Source: Desulfobacteraceae bacterium
GTDB taxonomy: Bacteria; Desulfobacterota; DSM-4660; Desulfatiglandales; HGW-15
Length of the DNA: 41,019 nucleotides
Assembly (NCBI GenBank): GCA_050122535.1
Contig: JASFIT010000001.1
Coordinates: forward strand, 1 to 41,019
Direction of reading: 5' to 3'
Part shown: positions 14,932 to 24,083 of the stretch, piece after piece
Layout: the number at the start of each line of letters is the position of its first letter
Numbering within the stretch: the first letter of the stretch is position 1
Notes under the pieces: generated by a model
The model's input: the letters and a program-made list of their open reading frames with translations, nothing else
What the model was told of the DNA's origin: nothing
The model's database searches: none
Translations under genes and position numbers: made by a program

Positions 14932-17244
14932 ATGATCAAGAGGTCCAAAGGGGCCATAAAGGGGATCGTTCAGGGGGTTGGTTTCCGCCCCTTCATTTAT
15001 CAGCTTGCCCACCGTTATCAACTGAGTGGCCATGTGATCAACTCCCCTGAAGGGGTTGATCTGGAGGTTGAGGGCTCTGACGAAAATATTGAAGACTTTT
15101 TCCAATCCGTCCTTTCAGAGAGCCCTCCCCTTGCCCATATCTCGTCAATGGAGAGGGCTGAACTTCAGCCAAAAAATGACAAAGTCTTTGAAATAAAGGA
15201 AAGCCGGGCCGACCAGGAACGCTCGGCCCTCATCTCGCCAGATGTGAGTATCTGTCCCGATTGTCTAAGAGAACTGAAAGACTCGAAAGACCGTCGCTTC
15301 AGATATCCCTTCATAAACTGCACCAACTGCGGTCCGCGCTATACCATTATTATGGATATCCCCTACGACCGCGCCATGACCACCATGAAGAAATTCAAGA
15401 TGTGTAAGGCATGTCAAGCGGAATATGAAGATCCGACAAACCGTCGTTTTCATGCTCAGCCAAATGCCTGCTGGGACTGTGGTCCTCGCGTCTCTCTCCA
15501 TGACCACAATGGCCTTTCTCTCGCCTGCGACAGGCCCATCGAGGAGACTATTGATCTCCTAAAAAGAGGATTGATCCTTGCTATCAAAGGGCTGGGGGGC
15601 TTTCATTTGGCCGTGGACGCCAGTAATCATAAGGCCGTCGTGAGATTGAGAAAACGAAAACATAGGGAAGAGAAACCCTTGGCTCTTATGGTGAGGGATC
15701 TGGAGGCCGCAAAGCAGATTGCCCGTGTCAACGCAATTGAGGCGAAGACGCTGCTTTCGCCGCAAAGGCCCATCGTTATTCTCAAGAAAAGACGTTTTCA
15801 TAGGCTCTCATCTCAGGTGGCCCCCAGAAATCGCTACTTTGGTATCATGCTTCCCTATACGCCGCTTCACGATCTGCTGATGGATAGCCCCTTCAAAGCC
15901 CTGGTCATGACCAGCGGCAATATCTCAGAAGAGCCCATTAATATAGATAATCCAGAAGCCTTTAAGAACCTGAAAGGGATAGCCGACTATTTCCTGGTCC
16001 ATGACCGGGATATCTATCTCAGAAGTGATGATTCCATAGTCAGGATGGTGAACGGTGTCCAAAGACAGATAAGACGATCCCGGGGCTATGTTCCAGTCCC
16101 TGTCTTTCTTCCAGAGGAGTTATCAGGCATGCCCTCCGTGCTTGCCGTGGGTGGGGAACTGAAAAACACCATCTGTATCTCCAAAGAGAACCGCGCCTTT
16201 CTGAGTCAGCATGTGGGTGACATGGAGAATCTGGAGACGTTTGACTTCTTTCGCTTAACCGTCTCCCACCTGGAAGGTATCCTGGAAATCAGGCCCAAAG
16301 TCTTGGCCCATGACTTGCACCCAGATTACTTGACCTCAAAATTCAGCCGTGAGCAGGAAGAAACCCCCACACTCGCTGTACAGCACCACCACGCCCACAT
16401 CGTCAGCTGCTTGGCAGAGAACGGCATCAAAGGTCCGGTGATTGGACTGGCCCTGGACGGGACAGGGTTTGGTTCTGACACACAGGTATGGGGAGGAGAA
16501 GTGCTGTTAGCCGATCTGATTTCATTTCAAAGGGCCGCTCATCTCGACAACGTCTCTCTGCCCGGTGGGGATGCGGCAGCGAAATTTCCCTGGAGAATGG
16601 CCTTAAGTTACCTTCACAAAACCTATGGAGATGAACTATTTAACCTTCCCATAAAATTTGTTCGTAATCTCAAGAGAGAAGATGCAGACATCGTCATTCA
16701 GATGATTACAAAAGGGGTCAACTCCCCCTTGACTTCAAGCTGTGGCAGACTCTTTGATGCCGTCTCTTCTCTCGTTGGTCTCAGGCAAAAAATGGCCTTC
16801 GAAGGGCAGGCGGCCATGGAATTGGAGATGTGCCAAAATCTCAGTGAAAAAGGGAAATACCCATGGGCCATTGAAGAAAAAAAGGGACATTTAATCCTGC
16901 TTACTTCTGATATAATCCGAAGTGCGGTGGAGGATATCAAAGCAGGGATTAGCCGCGGGATCATAAGTCGACGCTTTCATAATACGTTAATAGACATGTT
17001 CACTGAAACATGTGTTAGGTTAAGGGAGGCGAGTGGCATAGACCATGTGGCCATGAGCGGTGGATCCTTTCAAAATGTGACCTTACTAAATGGCCTCTCC
17101 CGCTCCCTCACTTCCTATGGATTCAAGGTCTTCACCCAAAGGGTTGTGCCCTCAAATGATGGGGGGCTATCTTTGGGGCAGGCGGTGTGCGCGGGGTTGA
17201 CATACATGGGCGTAAAAGGAGCGTTTGATACCGAGAGTCACTAG
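14932..17244 (+). CDS. hypF: Carbamoyltransferase HypF
   Basis: 770 aa. Acylphosphatase domain (GIVQGVGFRPFIY), two zinc fingers (CPDC...CTNCGPRYT; CKAC...CWDCGPR), and YrdC- and Kae1-like domains. Confidence 0.9.
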   Translation: MIKRSKGAIKGIVQGVGFRPFIYQLAHRYQLSGHVINSPEGVDLEVEGSDENIEDFFQSVLSESPPLAHISSMERAELQPKNDKVFEIKESRADQERSALISPDVSICPDCLRELKDSKDRRFRYPFINCTNCGPRYTIIMDIPYDRAMTTMKKFKMCKACQAEYEDPTNRRFHAQPNACWDCGPRVSLHDHNGLSLACDRPIEETIDLLKRGLILAIKGLGGFHLAVDASNHKAVVRLRKRKHREEKPLALMVRDLEAAKQIARVNAIEAKTLLSPQRPIVILKKRRFHRLSSQVAPRNRYFGIMLPYTPLHDLLMDSPFKALVMTSGNISEEPINIDNPEAFKNLKGIADYFLVHDRDIYLRSDDSIVRMVNGVQRQIRRSRGYVPVPVFLPEELSGMPSVLAVGGELKNTICISKENRAFLSQHVGDMENLETFDFFRLTVSHLEGILEIRPKVLAHDLHPDYLTSKFSREQEETPTLAVQHHHAHIVSCLAENGIKGPVIGLALDGTGFGSDTQVWGGEVLLADLISFQRAAHLDNVSLPGGDAAAKFPWRMALSYLHKTYGDELFNLPIKFVRNLKREDADIVIQMITKGVNSPLTSSCGRLFDAVSSLVGLRQKMAFEGQAAMELEMCQNLSEKGKYPWAIEEKKGHLILLTSDIIRSAVEDIKAGISRGIISRRFHNTLIDMFTETCVRLREASGIDHVAMSGGSFQNVTLLNGLSRSLTSYGFKVFTQRVVPSNDGGLSLGQAVCAGLTYMGVKGAFDTESH

Positions 17245-17400
17245 TCATTGGTCATTGGTCACGAGTGGAGAGAAGTTCTCGACAAAGGGAGCACGGAAAA
17301 CAAATGACAAATGACAGCGAGCGCAGTGAGCGAAATGACCCCGATGAAATCGTCCCCCGACCAATCGGGGGAATTTCACGGGGCAAGCAAATGACAACTT
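17245..17400. repeat. Heptamer arrays (TCATTGG / CAAATGA) plus conserved hairpin element, copy A
   Basis: TCATTGGTCATTGGTCA ... CAAATGACAAATGACA. Core at 17337..17395: TGACCCCGATGAAAT-[TCCCCCGA ccaa TCGGGGGA]-ATTTCACGGGGCAAGCAAATGAC. Confidence 0.6.
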
Positions 17401-17403
17401 GTT

Positions 17404-18489
17404 ATGATCAAATACATTGACGAATATCGGGACGGCGAGTTGGCACAGAGTCTGGCTCAGAAAATTAGGTCCCTTTCCAAGAAGCCCCTTCGACTTATGG
17501 AGATCTGCGGGACCCATACCATGGCCATCTTCAGACACGGCATCCGGAGCCTTATTCCCGATCACATAGAACTTGTATCAGGACCTGGTTGCCCGGTTTG
17601 TGTCACAGCCGTGGAAGAAGTTGACCGCTCTGTCAAGCTCGCTCGGATGCCTGGCGTCATTGTGACCACCTTTGGTGACATGATGAGAGTGCCCGGCACG
17701 GAGTCATCACTGCAGAAGGAAAATGGTCAAGGGGCTGACGTAAGAATCGTCTATTCCACCTTTGATGCCCTTAAGATCGCTGAAGATAATCAGAAAAAAC
17801 ATGTGGCCTTCTTAGGCATCGGATTTGAGACCACAGCACCCACTGTGGCAGCAGCCATCAGGACAGCCCATGAAAGGCATGTATCCAATTTCTCAGTCCT
17901 CTCGGCCCACAAACTACTTCCCCCTGCAATGGACGCCCTCCTCTCAGGGGGAGACCTTGGTGTTGATGGTTTCATCTGTCCAGGGCATGTGAGTACTATC
18001 ATTGGGACATCCGCTTATGCGTCTGTTGTTGAGAAATATGAGGTCCCGTGTGTCGTGGTGGGCTTTGAGCCCATTGATATCCTGCAAGGGATCCTGATGC
18101 TTGTGGATCAGGTGGAGAAGGGCCAAGCAGAGGTCCAAATCCAGTACTCAAGAGTTGTTTCTCCAGAGGGAAATCCTGGCGCTCTCAAGATTATGAATGA
18201 GGTCTTTGAGCCATGCGATTCTCCTTGGCGAGGTCTGGGCATGATCCCGGGAAGCGGGCTCAGTATAAGGGAGGAATTCCTGGCACATGATGCCAGGCAT
18301 CGTTACGACCTGAACGTTCCGCCCGCAAATGAACCCCCTGGCTGTCGCTGCGCTGAAGTCTTGAGAGGGGCCATAAAGCCGGTTGAGTGTAAGCTCTTCC
18401 GCAACGGTTGTTCTCCCCGTAATCCAGTAGGCGCCTGCATGGTCTCAAGCGAAGGAACCTGCGCAGCCTATTACAAATACCATGGGTAG
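17404..18489 (+). CDS. hypD: Hydrogenase maturation protein HypD
   Basis: 361 aa with MIKYIDEYRD, MEICGTHT, GPGCPVCV, GFETTAP, and C-terminal CxxC-type cysteines. Confidence 0.9.
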   Translation: MIKYIDEYRDGELAQSLAQKIRSLSKKPLRLMEICGTHTMAIFRHGIRSLIPDHIELVSGPGCPVCVTAVEEVDRSVKLARMPGVIVTTFGDMMRVPGTESSLQKENGQGADVRIVYSTFDALKIAEDNQKKHVAFLGIGFETTAPTVAAAIRTAHERHVSNFSVLSAHKLLPPAMDALLSGGDLGVDGFICPGHVSTIIGTSAYASVVEKYEVPCVVVGFEPIDILQGILMLVDQVEKGQAEVQIQYSRVVSPEGNPGALKIMNEVFEPCDSPWRGLGMIPGSGLSIREEFLAHDARHRYDLNVPPANEPPGCRCAEVLRGAIKPVECKLFRNGCSPRNPVGACMVSSEGTCAAYYKYHG

Positions 18490-18598
18490 TGGCACCCGTG
18501 ACAAATGACGAGTGACAAGTGACCCCGGTGAAATAGGCGCCAACGGCGCATTTCACGGGGCAAGCAAATGACCAATGACTAATGACCAATGACAAAGA
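18490..18598. repeat. Heptamer arrays (GTGACAA / ATGACCA) plus conserved hairpin element, copy B
   Basis: Core at 18520..18572: TGACCCCGGTGAAAT-[GGCGCC aac GGCGC]-ATTTCACGGGGCAAGCAAATGAC, followed by ATGACCA ATGACTA ATGACCA ATGACAA. Confidence 0.6.
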
Positions 18599-19275
18599 CC
18601 ATGTTTGAATCCCTGAAAATATCCGATCTGCCCCACCAAAACATTGGAGTACTCAGAAAACCATCCAGTACGAGACCCACGCTGTGGCTTGTGGAGGAAA
18701 ATGGCAGGCGGGCTGTCGTCAAAGACTACAGCTCAAACAGATTTCTGTATAGAAATACGATTGGCCGCTTTCTGCTTTGGCGGGAACGCAAGGCATATAG
18801 AATACTGAAAGACCTGAGAGGCGTTCCCACCTGTTACCGAGTCGTTGATGGGCTTGCCCTCGTCATAGAAGAAATATCTGGAAGAAATATAGAAGGCCTG
18901 GAAAATGAAGGGGGGCTTTCTGAGGGATTCTTCAAACAATTGCAGGGGGTGGTGGAAAATGTTCACAGCCGAGGTTTAGCACACTGCGATCTCAAGCGGG
19001 CACCCAATATTCTGTTGGGGCACGACGAAAGACCTTATATCGTGGATTGGTCCGCATCCATATCTGAAAGGGAATTCAGGTTTTTTCCTCTCAATCTCAT
19101 TTATCAGAGATTTCTCCAGGACGATCTGAACGCAATTACGAAGATGAAACTCAGGCACTGCCCCGAGAGTATAAGCCCCGAGGAAGCGAGGCGTTATTTC
19201 CACCGGAGCAGGTCTGAAGAAATCATCAGGTCTGTAAGGGACAAGCTTCGAAAGCTATTGCAAAAGATCGCTTAA
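18589..19275 (+). CDS. Protein-kinase-like fold protein (Kdo/RIO/lipopolysaccharide-kinase-like)
   Basis: 228 aa. Catalytic loop GLAHCDLKRAPNILL (HxDLKxxN), and VVKDY as a VAIK-like lysine. The start is ambiguous (18589 or 18601) because ATGs lie within the heptamer array. Confidence 0.6.
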   Translation: MTKTMFESLKISDLPHQNIGVLRKPSSTRPTLWLVEENGRRAVVKDYSSNRFLYRNTIGRFLLWRERKAYRILKDLRGVPTCYRVVDGLALVIEEISGRNIEGLENEGGLSEGFFKQLQGVVENVHSRGLAHCDLKRAPNILLGHDERPYIVDWSASISEREFRFFPLNLIYQRFLQDDLNAITKMKLRHCPESISPEEARRYFHRSRSEEIIRSVRDKLRKLLQKIA

Positions 19276-19970
19276 CGCGCTTCGCCTTGATTTTGAAGAG
19301 CAAGAGAGACCATTATCTTCCGGGCAATTCCCCTACCCAGAGCCAGTCGTGTAGGCCCGTGCCCCACGATCAGTCTGCCGAGGCCATTATTGCTGATGAT
19401 CTCCAAAAGATCTCCCCGCTTTAAGCCCATGGAGGCCAGCCTTGATCGGGCATGACGGCCTCCCATGATATCCTTGATAACCACGTCTTCCCCCGCCTTT
19501 GCCATGGCCAGCGGCATCAACAGGCTTCTTTGAGAGAGGCATCCCGAACAAATGCCGTAAATCTCCATTTTATGCTGGAGCATATGAAAGCCTTGAGTGG
19601 TTGCAACCTTCACCTGCAATCTTTCCATATCCTCATTGCTAAATTCCTCTATTCTGCCGCACTTGGTGCAAATGAGATGATCATGATGCTTACCCAGATG
19701 GCGGTGCTCATAGCGAGGGGGTTGGCCCTCAAACTTCTCCTTCTGTGCAAAGCCGTGCTCAACCCAGCGGTTCATGCACTGCCTGACAAATTCAGGATCA
19801 TAATCGTAACCTCTATCTTTCAAAAGCTGCACCATCTCCTCAAGGGTCACATGCTCCTCTGTATCCAGAAAAACCTCAATAATATTGAGCCTTTCCTCAA
19901 CCTTCCCAATCTCATCGTCTTCAATCAGCGCTCGAAAATTCGCCTTTTCGTAGTGACTGTCGTTTATCAT
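19272..19970 (-). CDS. Fur-family regulator fused to a C-terminal FeoA (SH3-like) domain
   Basis: 232 aa. Fur metal-site motifs HHDHLICTKCGRIEEF and MEIYGICSGC, then a FeoA-like tail LAMAKAGEDVVIKDIMGGRHARSRLASMGLKRGDLLEIISNNGLGRLIVGHGPTRLALGRGIARKIMV. Confidence 0.7.
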   Translation of the reverse strand: MINDSHYEKANFRALIEDDEIGKVEERLNIIEVFLDTEEHVTLEEMVQLLKDRGYDYDPEFVRQCMNRWVEHGFAQKEKFEGQPPRYEHRHLGKHHDHLICTKCGRIEEFSNEDMERLQVKVATTQGFHMLQHKMEIYGICSGCLSQRSLLMPLAMAKAGEDVVIKDIMGGRHARSRLASMGLKRGDLLEIISNNGLGRLIVGHGPTRLALGRGIARKIMVSLALQNQGEAR

Positions 19971-20027
19971 GAAATAACTCCACCTGCATTATTTGCACTA
20001 ACATACAGAATGTGTCTAAGGGCTTAT

Positions 20028-20065
20028 CCAGTATCCAGAATCAAGTATCCAGTATCACAGAATAC
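20028..20065. repeat. Short heptamer tandem repeat
   Basis: CCAGTAT CCAGAAT CAAGTAT CCAGTAT CACAGAAT. Confidence 0.5.
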
Positions 20066-20218
20066 TCGCCTCGATCTTTTTTCTCTTTTGGGAGCCCTCT
20101 CCGTCCCTATGGAACGTGAGTCTCTTTGGTAAAGACGCGCCCAGCGTCGCAAGACTTGGGCCGGGGCGGACAGGCTTCCCACCCTCCAATATAGCCACCT
20201 CAGGTTTTTGTTTCGCTT

Positions 20219-20659
20219 TCAGTGACCTTTCCTACACGTGGTGCAATACCCGATCACGTCAAGCCGATGATCTACAACCAGGAAATTATGCTTTCTGGCT
20301 AAGCGTTCTTCTATCGCCCGCAACTCTTCTTCAACGAACTCGATCACTTTGCCACACTTGATGCAGCGGAGATGGCAGTGATGGCTCTGACCCAAAATGG
20401 GCTCATAATGCATGTGGCCATCTTCATGCCATACTTCCTTGATGAGCCCGCATTCCATAATGAGCGGTATATTCCGATAGATAGAGGCCTTTGACACCCT
20501 GCTGCCTTTGCTGCGTAATCTTAGATAAAGTTCATCCACATCAAAATGATCATCGTTGGCAAAGATCTCCGCGATGATCTCTTCCCTTTCTGGGGTGTTT
20601 CGCAGACCCTTCCTCCGAATGAAGGACCTAAAAAGATCAAGCTCCTCTCCCATCACCAT
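20219..20659 (-). CDS. Fur-family transcriptional regulator (Fur/Zur/PerR type)
   Basis: 146 aa. Winged-helix region ASIYRNIPLIMECGLI; HHCHLRCIKCGKVIEF; C-terminal CTTC. Confidence 0.8.
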   Translation of the reverse strand: MVMGEELDLFRSFIRRKGLRNTPEREEIIAEIFANDDHFDVDELYLRLRSKGSRVSKASIYRNIPLIMECGLIKEVWHEDGHMHYEPILGQSHHCHLRCIKCGKVIEFVEEELRAIEERLARKHNFLVVDHRLDVIGYCTTCRKGH

Positions 20660-20728
20660 CCCCTATTGCAATTTAGTATCAACAATAATAGTGATGAGCC
20701 TGTATGTCAATATCTATTTTGGCCAGCT

Positions 20729-20748
20729 GTCAGCCATCAGCCATCAGA
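20729..20748. repeat. Short heptamer tandem repeat
   Basis: GTCAGCC ATCAGCC ATCAGA, followed by a CCCGCC...GGCGGG REP-like hairpin (20773..20800). Confidence 0.45.
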
Positions 20749-20945
20749 AATTTATCACGAAAAGGGGAAAACTGGGAAAACACCCGCCTTCGCCAAGGCT
20801 ACGGCGGGTCTGTCCGTAATTGCTCTTAAAGAATTAACCGTGTAATCTGTGTGTCCTGCGAAGCAGGACCCGCGTACAAATATTCTTCTCAGTGTACTCC
20901 GTGCCACCGTGGTGAGTTTGGCTATTCAGAGGTCTCTAGGGGTTT

Positions 20946-23306
20946 TTATGGGGATAGGGGCCAGAGGTGTGGTAGGACCAACAAAATGACCGCAAAGACC
21001 ACCAGAGTAAGGGGCACACCCACCTTCAGATAATCAATAAAGCGATATCCGCCCGGACCCATAACCAGAATGTTGGCAGGGTGAGATATGGGGGTCATAA
21101 AGCTGGCCGACGCGGCCATGGCGATTCCCATCATGAGGGCGTGAGAGGATATTCCCATGTTGGTAGACGTGCTGAGGACGATTGGCGCCATGAGGACAAC
21201 AAGGGCTGCCGTGGGGATAAAACAAGTGGCAAGGAAGGTGAGTGCGACCACCCCTCCCATGACCGCGACCGGTCCAAACGGTCCGACCATCGATACAACA
21301 CCTTCCGCTAGTAACTTTGCTGCGCCTGTCTTGTGCAATGCCGTGCCTAGCGGTAACATACCGGCAATCAGAAAAACAGCCTTCCATTCAATGAAACGAT
21401 AGGCCTCTTCCATGGTGAGACACCGGGTGAGTACTATTAAAGCCGCACCTACCACGGCGGCTATATAGATGGGGACCAGACCCAAGATGACCGGCAAGAG
21501 CACGCAGCCCATAATCAATGCGGCCACTTTCGCTCTCTCGAGGCGCGGCACTTCCTGGGCCTCTTGGGTCAGCACAAGAAAATCGGGCTCGCGTCCCAGC
21601 ATGCGTAACCTGTCCCGAGGCCCGTACAGCAGCATGGCATCCCCAAAACGCAGGGCCATATCCCTAAGATCAGAGCGATAGGCACGCCCCTCCCGCCAGA
21701 TGGCGAGCACATTCAGGCCATATTTTTCCCTGAAGTTAAGCTGTCGCAATGTCTTGCCCGCCAAGGTTGTGCGCGGTGAAAGGACAGCTTCCACAAGACC
21801 GATTCGAGCTGACTCCAGCTCGCTCATATCAGGCAGGGCTTCCTGCTCGATCTCCAGACCCTCAAGCCCTTTCAAAATGGATAGATCCTCCTGTTTCCCA
21901 AGCATGATGAGTCGGTCTCCCCCCTTCAGATGCTCCCCTGGTTCTGGCACGGGGAGGGTCAGGTCATCCCTCATAATACAAAGGACTCGCATGCCCAAGG
22001 CATCACCGAGGCGGCTTTCCTTCAGTGTCTTGTCCGTCAGTGTGGATGATTTCGGTACCCTCATAAAAAGAAGCCGTTCCTGCAGCCTGTACACATGGAC
22101 AAGCTGGGAAATGGAAACCGATTCCATATCTTGGAAGTCCGAAATCTTTTTCAAAGCATCAAGCTTTTCGGCAGGACCTTGAACCAGCAATTTATCACCC
22201 GTCTGAAGGACTATGTCTTGGAGGTTGGTTCGTCTGGGTTTGCCCTCGCGAAGGATAGTCAGTACGTTCAGGCCAAAGCGATTACGAAAACCGATTTCAT
22301 TTAGTGTTTTGCCTAAGAAGGACGAATTAGCCTGCAGGGCTATTTCACCCATGTGAATGCCACTAGACATGAGGGCTTCAATATCGACAGAGTCTCCTTC
22401 CACATGGAGTTGTCTCCAGCTGTCAACCTCCCTCATTCGTTCCACCTTGCCCTCCACCAGCAAGCGGTCCCCTGCCTGAATCACCGCAGAGGGGTCTGGG
22501 GCTAATTCTGTTCGATCATCCCGGATAATTCCCAGAACATGCAGGCCGAGGACTGATCCCAATCGACTCTCCACCAGGGTCTTGTTTGCCAGCACCGACT
22601 CCGATGGAACGCGCAGAAGAAACATTCTCTCCTGTAGCTCATACTGGTCCCTCAGGTCCTGGTGGCCAGCCGTAGAGGATTCCCTTGCCACATCTCGCGC
22701 TGGTAATAAGCGGCGGCCGATCAAGGCGACGAAAGCAATACCCGCCACCATAATGATCACCCCTATTGGGGTGTAATCGAAGAGCCTGAAAGGTGTCAGG
22801 CCACTGTCACGGAGTGCATTGCTCACCAAAATGTTGGGGGGTGTCCCGATCAGCGTTGTAAGTCCGCCCAGCAAAGAGCCATAAGCCAGGGGCATCAGTA
22901 ACCTGGAGGGAGGGAGGTCCGTTTGGCGTGAGATGTCCATGACCACGGGTAACATCAGAGCGGCTACAGCCACGTTGTTCATAAAGGCGGACATGACACC
23001 CGCACTAAACATGATGACAATCACGATCAGCAGCTCTCGGCGACCGGCCATCCGCAAGACATAGCGACCAATGATGTTTCCCACGCCGGTTCTGGTGAGA
23101 CCTCCGCTCAGGATGAAAACCGCCCAAACGGTTACCACCGCCGGGTTGCTAAAACCTGACAGGGCCTCATTTGGACTGACCAATCCTGTGATTGCAAGAC
23201 ACCCCAACACGAGCAGCGCCACCACCTCCATGGATATCCACTCGGTCACCAGGAAGACGATGGCTGTTCCCAAAACAAACAGTACAAGGGCAATTTGTAT
23301 TGTCAT
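20946..23306 (-). CDS. SLC13/DASS-family permease with four internal TrkA-C (RCK-C) domains
   Basis: 786 aa. Hydrophobic N- and C-terminal transporter halves flank a central ~380 aa with four repeats of the pattern (L/F)xGKTLxExxxRxxxGxxVLxIxRxxxxxxxxxxxxLxxGDxLLxxG. Confidence 0.8.
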   Translation of the reverse strand: MTIQIALVLFVLGTAIVFLVTEWISMEVVALLVLGCLAITGLVSPNEALSGFSNPAVVTVWAVFILSGGLTRTGVGNIIGRYVLRMAGRRELLIVIVIMFSAGVMSAFMNNVAVAALMLPVVMDISRQTDLPPSRLLMPLAYGSLLGGLTTLIGTPPNILVSNALRDSGLTPFRLFDYTPIGVIIMVAGIAFVALIGRRLLPARDVARESSTAGHQDLRDQYELQERMFLLRVPSESVLANKTLVESRLGSVLGLHVLGIIRDDRTELAPDPSAVIQAGDRLLVEGKVERMREVDSWRQLHVEGDSVDIEALMSSGIHMGEIALQANSSFLGKTLNEIGFRNRFGLNVLTILREGKPRRTNLQDIVLQTGDKLLVQGPAEKLDALKKISDFQDMESVSISQLVHVYRLQERLLFMRVPKSSTLTDKTLKESRLGDALGMRVLCIMRDDLTLPVPEPGEHLKGGDRLIMLGKQEDLSILKGLEGLEIEQEALPDMSELESARIGLVEAVLSPRTTLAGKTLRQLNFREKYGLNVLAIWREGRAYRSDLRDMALRFGDAMLLYGPRDRLRMLGREPDFLVLTQEAQEVPRLERAKVAALIMGCVLLPVILGLVPIYIAAVVGAALIVLTRCLTMEEAYRFIEWKAVFLIAGMLPLGTALHKTGAAKLLAEGVVSMVGPFGPVAVMGGVVALTFLATCFIPTAALVVLMAPIVLSTSTNMGISSHALMMGIAMAASASFMTPISHPANILVMGPGGYRFIDYLKVGVPLTLVVFAVILLVLPHLWPLSP

Positions 23307-23420
23307 AGAATAGTGAGGTTTTTTAGCAAGTGGCCAGGGCCTAGTGATTTTTTATGTTGGAATAAAAGCCATTTTCAAATGTTTGTCAAGGAATTCAACG
23401 GAAGGCGAAGCTTAGAAACA

Positions 23421-23449
23421 GACAAGGCGGGCATTTCGTCCGCCTTGTC
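23421..23449 (-). terminator. Hairpin terminator downstream of hsp20
   Basis: GACAAGGCGG-gcatttcgt-CCGCCTTGTC, a perfect 10-bp stem, followed on the minus strand by TGTTTCT. Confidence 0.55.
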
Positions 23450-23472
23450 ACATCCCAACACCTCTATGATGT

Positions 23473-23922
23473 TTAGGCCGATTTGATCTCGATCTTTTTG
23501 ACGGACTGCTCCTTTGTCTTGGGCAGATTGAGTTTCAAGACACCGTCTTTGTAAGTAGCCTTTACCTTCGCAGAATCCACTTCCGATGGAAGTTCAAACG
23601 ACCTGGAGAAGGATCCATATCTTCGTTCTACTCTGTGGTAATTCTCCTCCTTCTCCTCCTGTTCGCTCTTTTTCTCCCCCTTGAGTGTGAGAACACGACC
23701 GTTCAGAGAAATGTCAATGTCCTTAGCCTCCATGCCAGGGATCTCCGCTTTTACGACAATCTCCTTGCCCGTCTCAGAGACGTCTATTGCGGGCATCCAC
23801 TCCCCCTCCCGAACGTGAAGATCAAAAGGCCGCCAGTCAAAGACCCGGTCAAACATTCTGTCCATTTCACTCCTAAATCGGTCCAGCTGTCTTCGCTCTC
23901 GCGATGGTATTAAATCTAACAT
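23473..23922 (-). CDS. Small heat-shock protein (Hsp20/alpha-crystallin family)
   Basis: 149 aa. PAIDVSETGKEIVVKAEIPGMEAKDIDISLNGRVLTLKGEKK...RSFELPSEVD...A.YKDGVLKLNLPK. Confidence 0.9.
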   Translation of the reverse strand: MLDLIPSRERRQLDRFRSEMDRMFDRVFDWRPFDLHVREGEWMPAIDVSETGKEIVVKAEIPGMEAKDIDISLNGRVLTLKGEKKSEQEEKEENYHRVERRYGSFSRSFELPSEVDSAKVKATYKDGVLKLNLPKTKEQSVKKIEIKSA

Positions 23923-24014
23923 AACTCCTCACCTCCTAAATTAGTGTTTTCCCTGTTGATCGGGTTAATCTTAGCAGATTCCCGCCGACCAAAATGGTTA
24001 TTGCTCTTTTGAAT

Positions 24015-24030
24015 GGCAACCACTGTGCCA
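24015..24030 (-). promoter_or_regulatory. Sigma-54 (-24/-12) promoter of hsp20
   Basis: The minus strand reads TGGCAC-AGTGG-TTGCC (GG-N10-GC, near consensus). The -12 element is 95 nt upstream of the ATG. Confidence 0.7.
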
Positions 24031-24083
24031 AGAGGTTAAGATATTGAAATTCCAGGGTTTCTATAATATGGCCAGGATTGAAG

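Noticed and set aside
17245-17565. 106-aa minus-strand ORF across the hypF-hypD spacer, considered as a possible hypC
   Set aside because: It is on the wrong strand, has no MCLxxPG HypC signature, and is a translation of heptamer and hairpin repeats.
20668-20700. Fur box upstream of the 20219..20659 fur gene
   Set aside because: The stretch is AT-rich with GATA/ATTAT-like hexamers, but I could not align a convincing 19-bp GATAATGATAATCATTATC-type palindrome. It is kept only as a remark.
24014-24029. Plus-strand reading of the hsp20 promoter region (TGGCAACCACTGTGCC)
   Set aside because: The quasi-palindromic sequence also gives GG-N10-GC on the plus strand. However, its -12 element is GTGC and no plus-strand gene follows. 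The minus-strand reading (TGGCAC...TTGCC) is better and faces hsp20.
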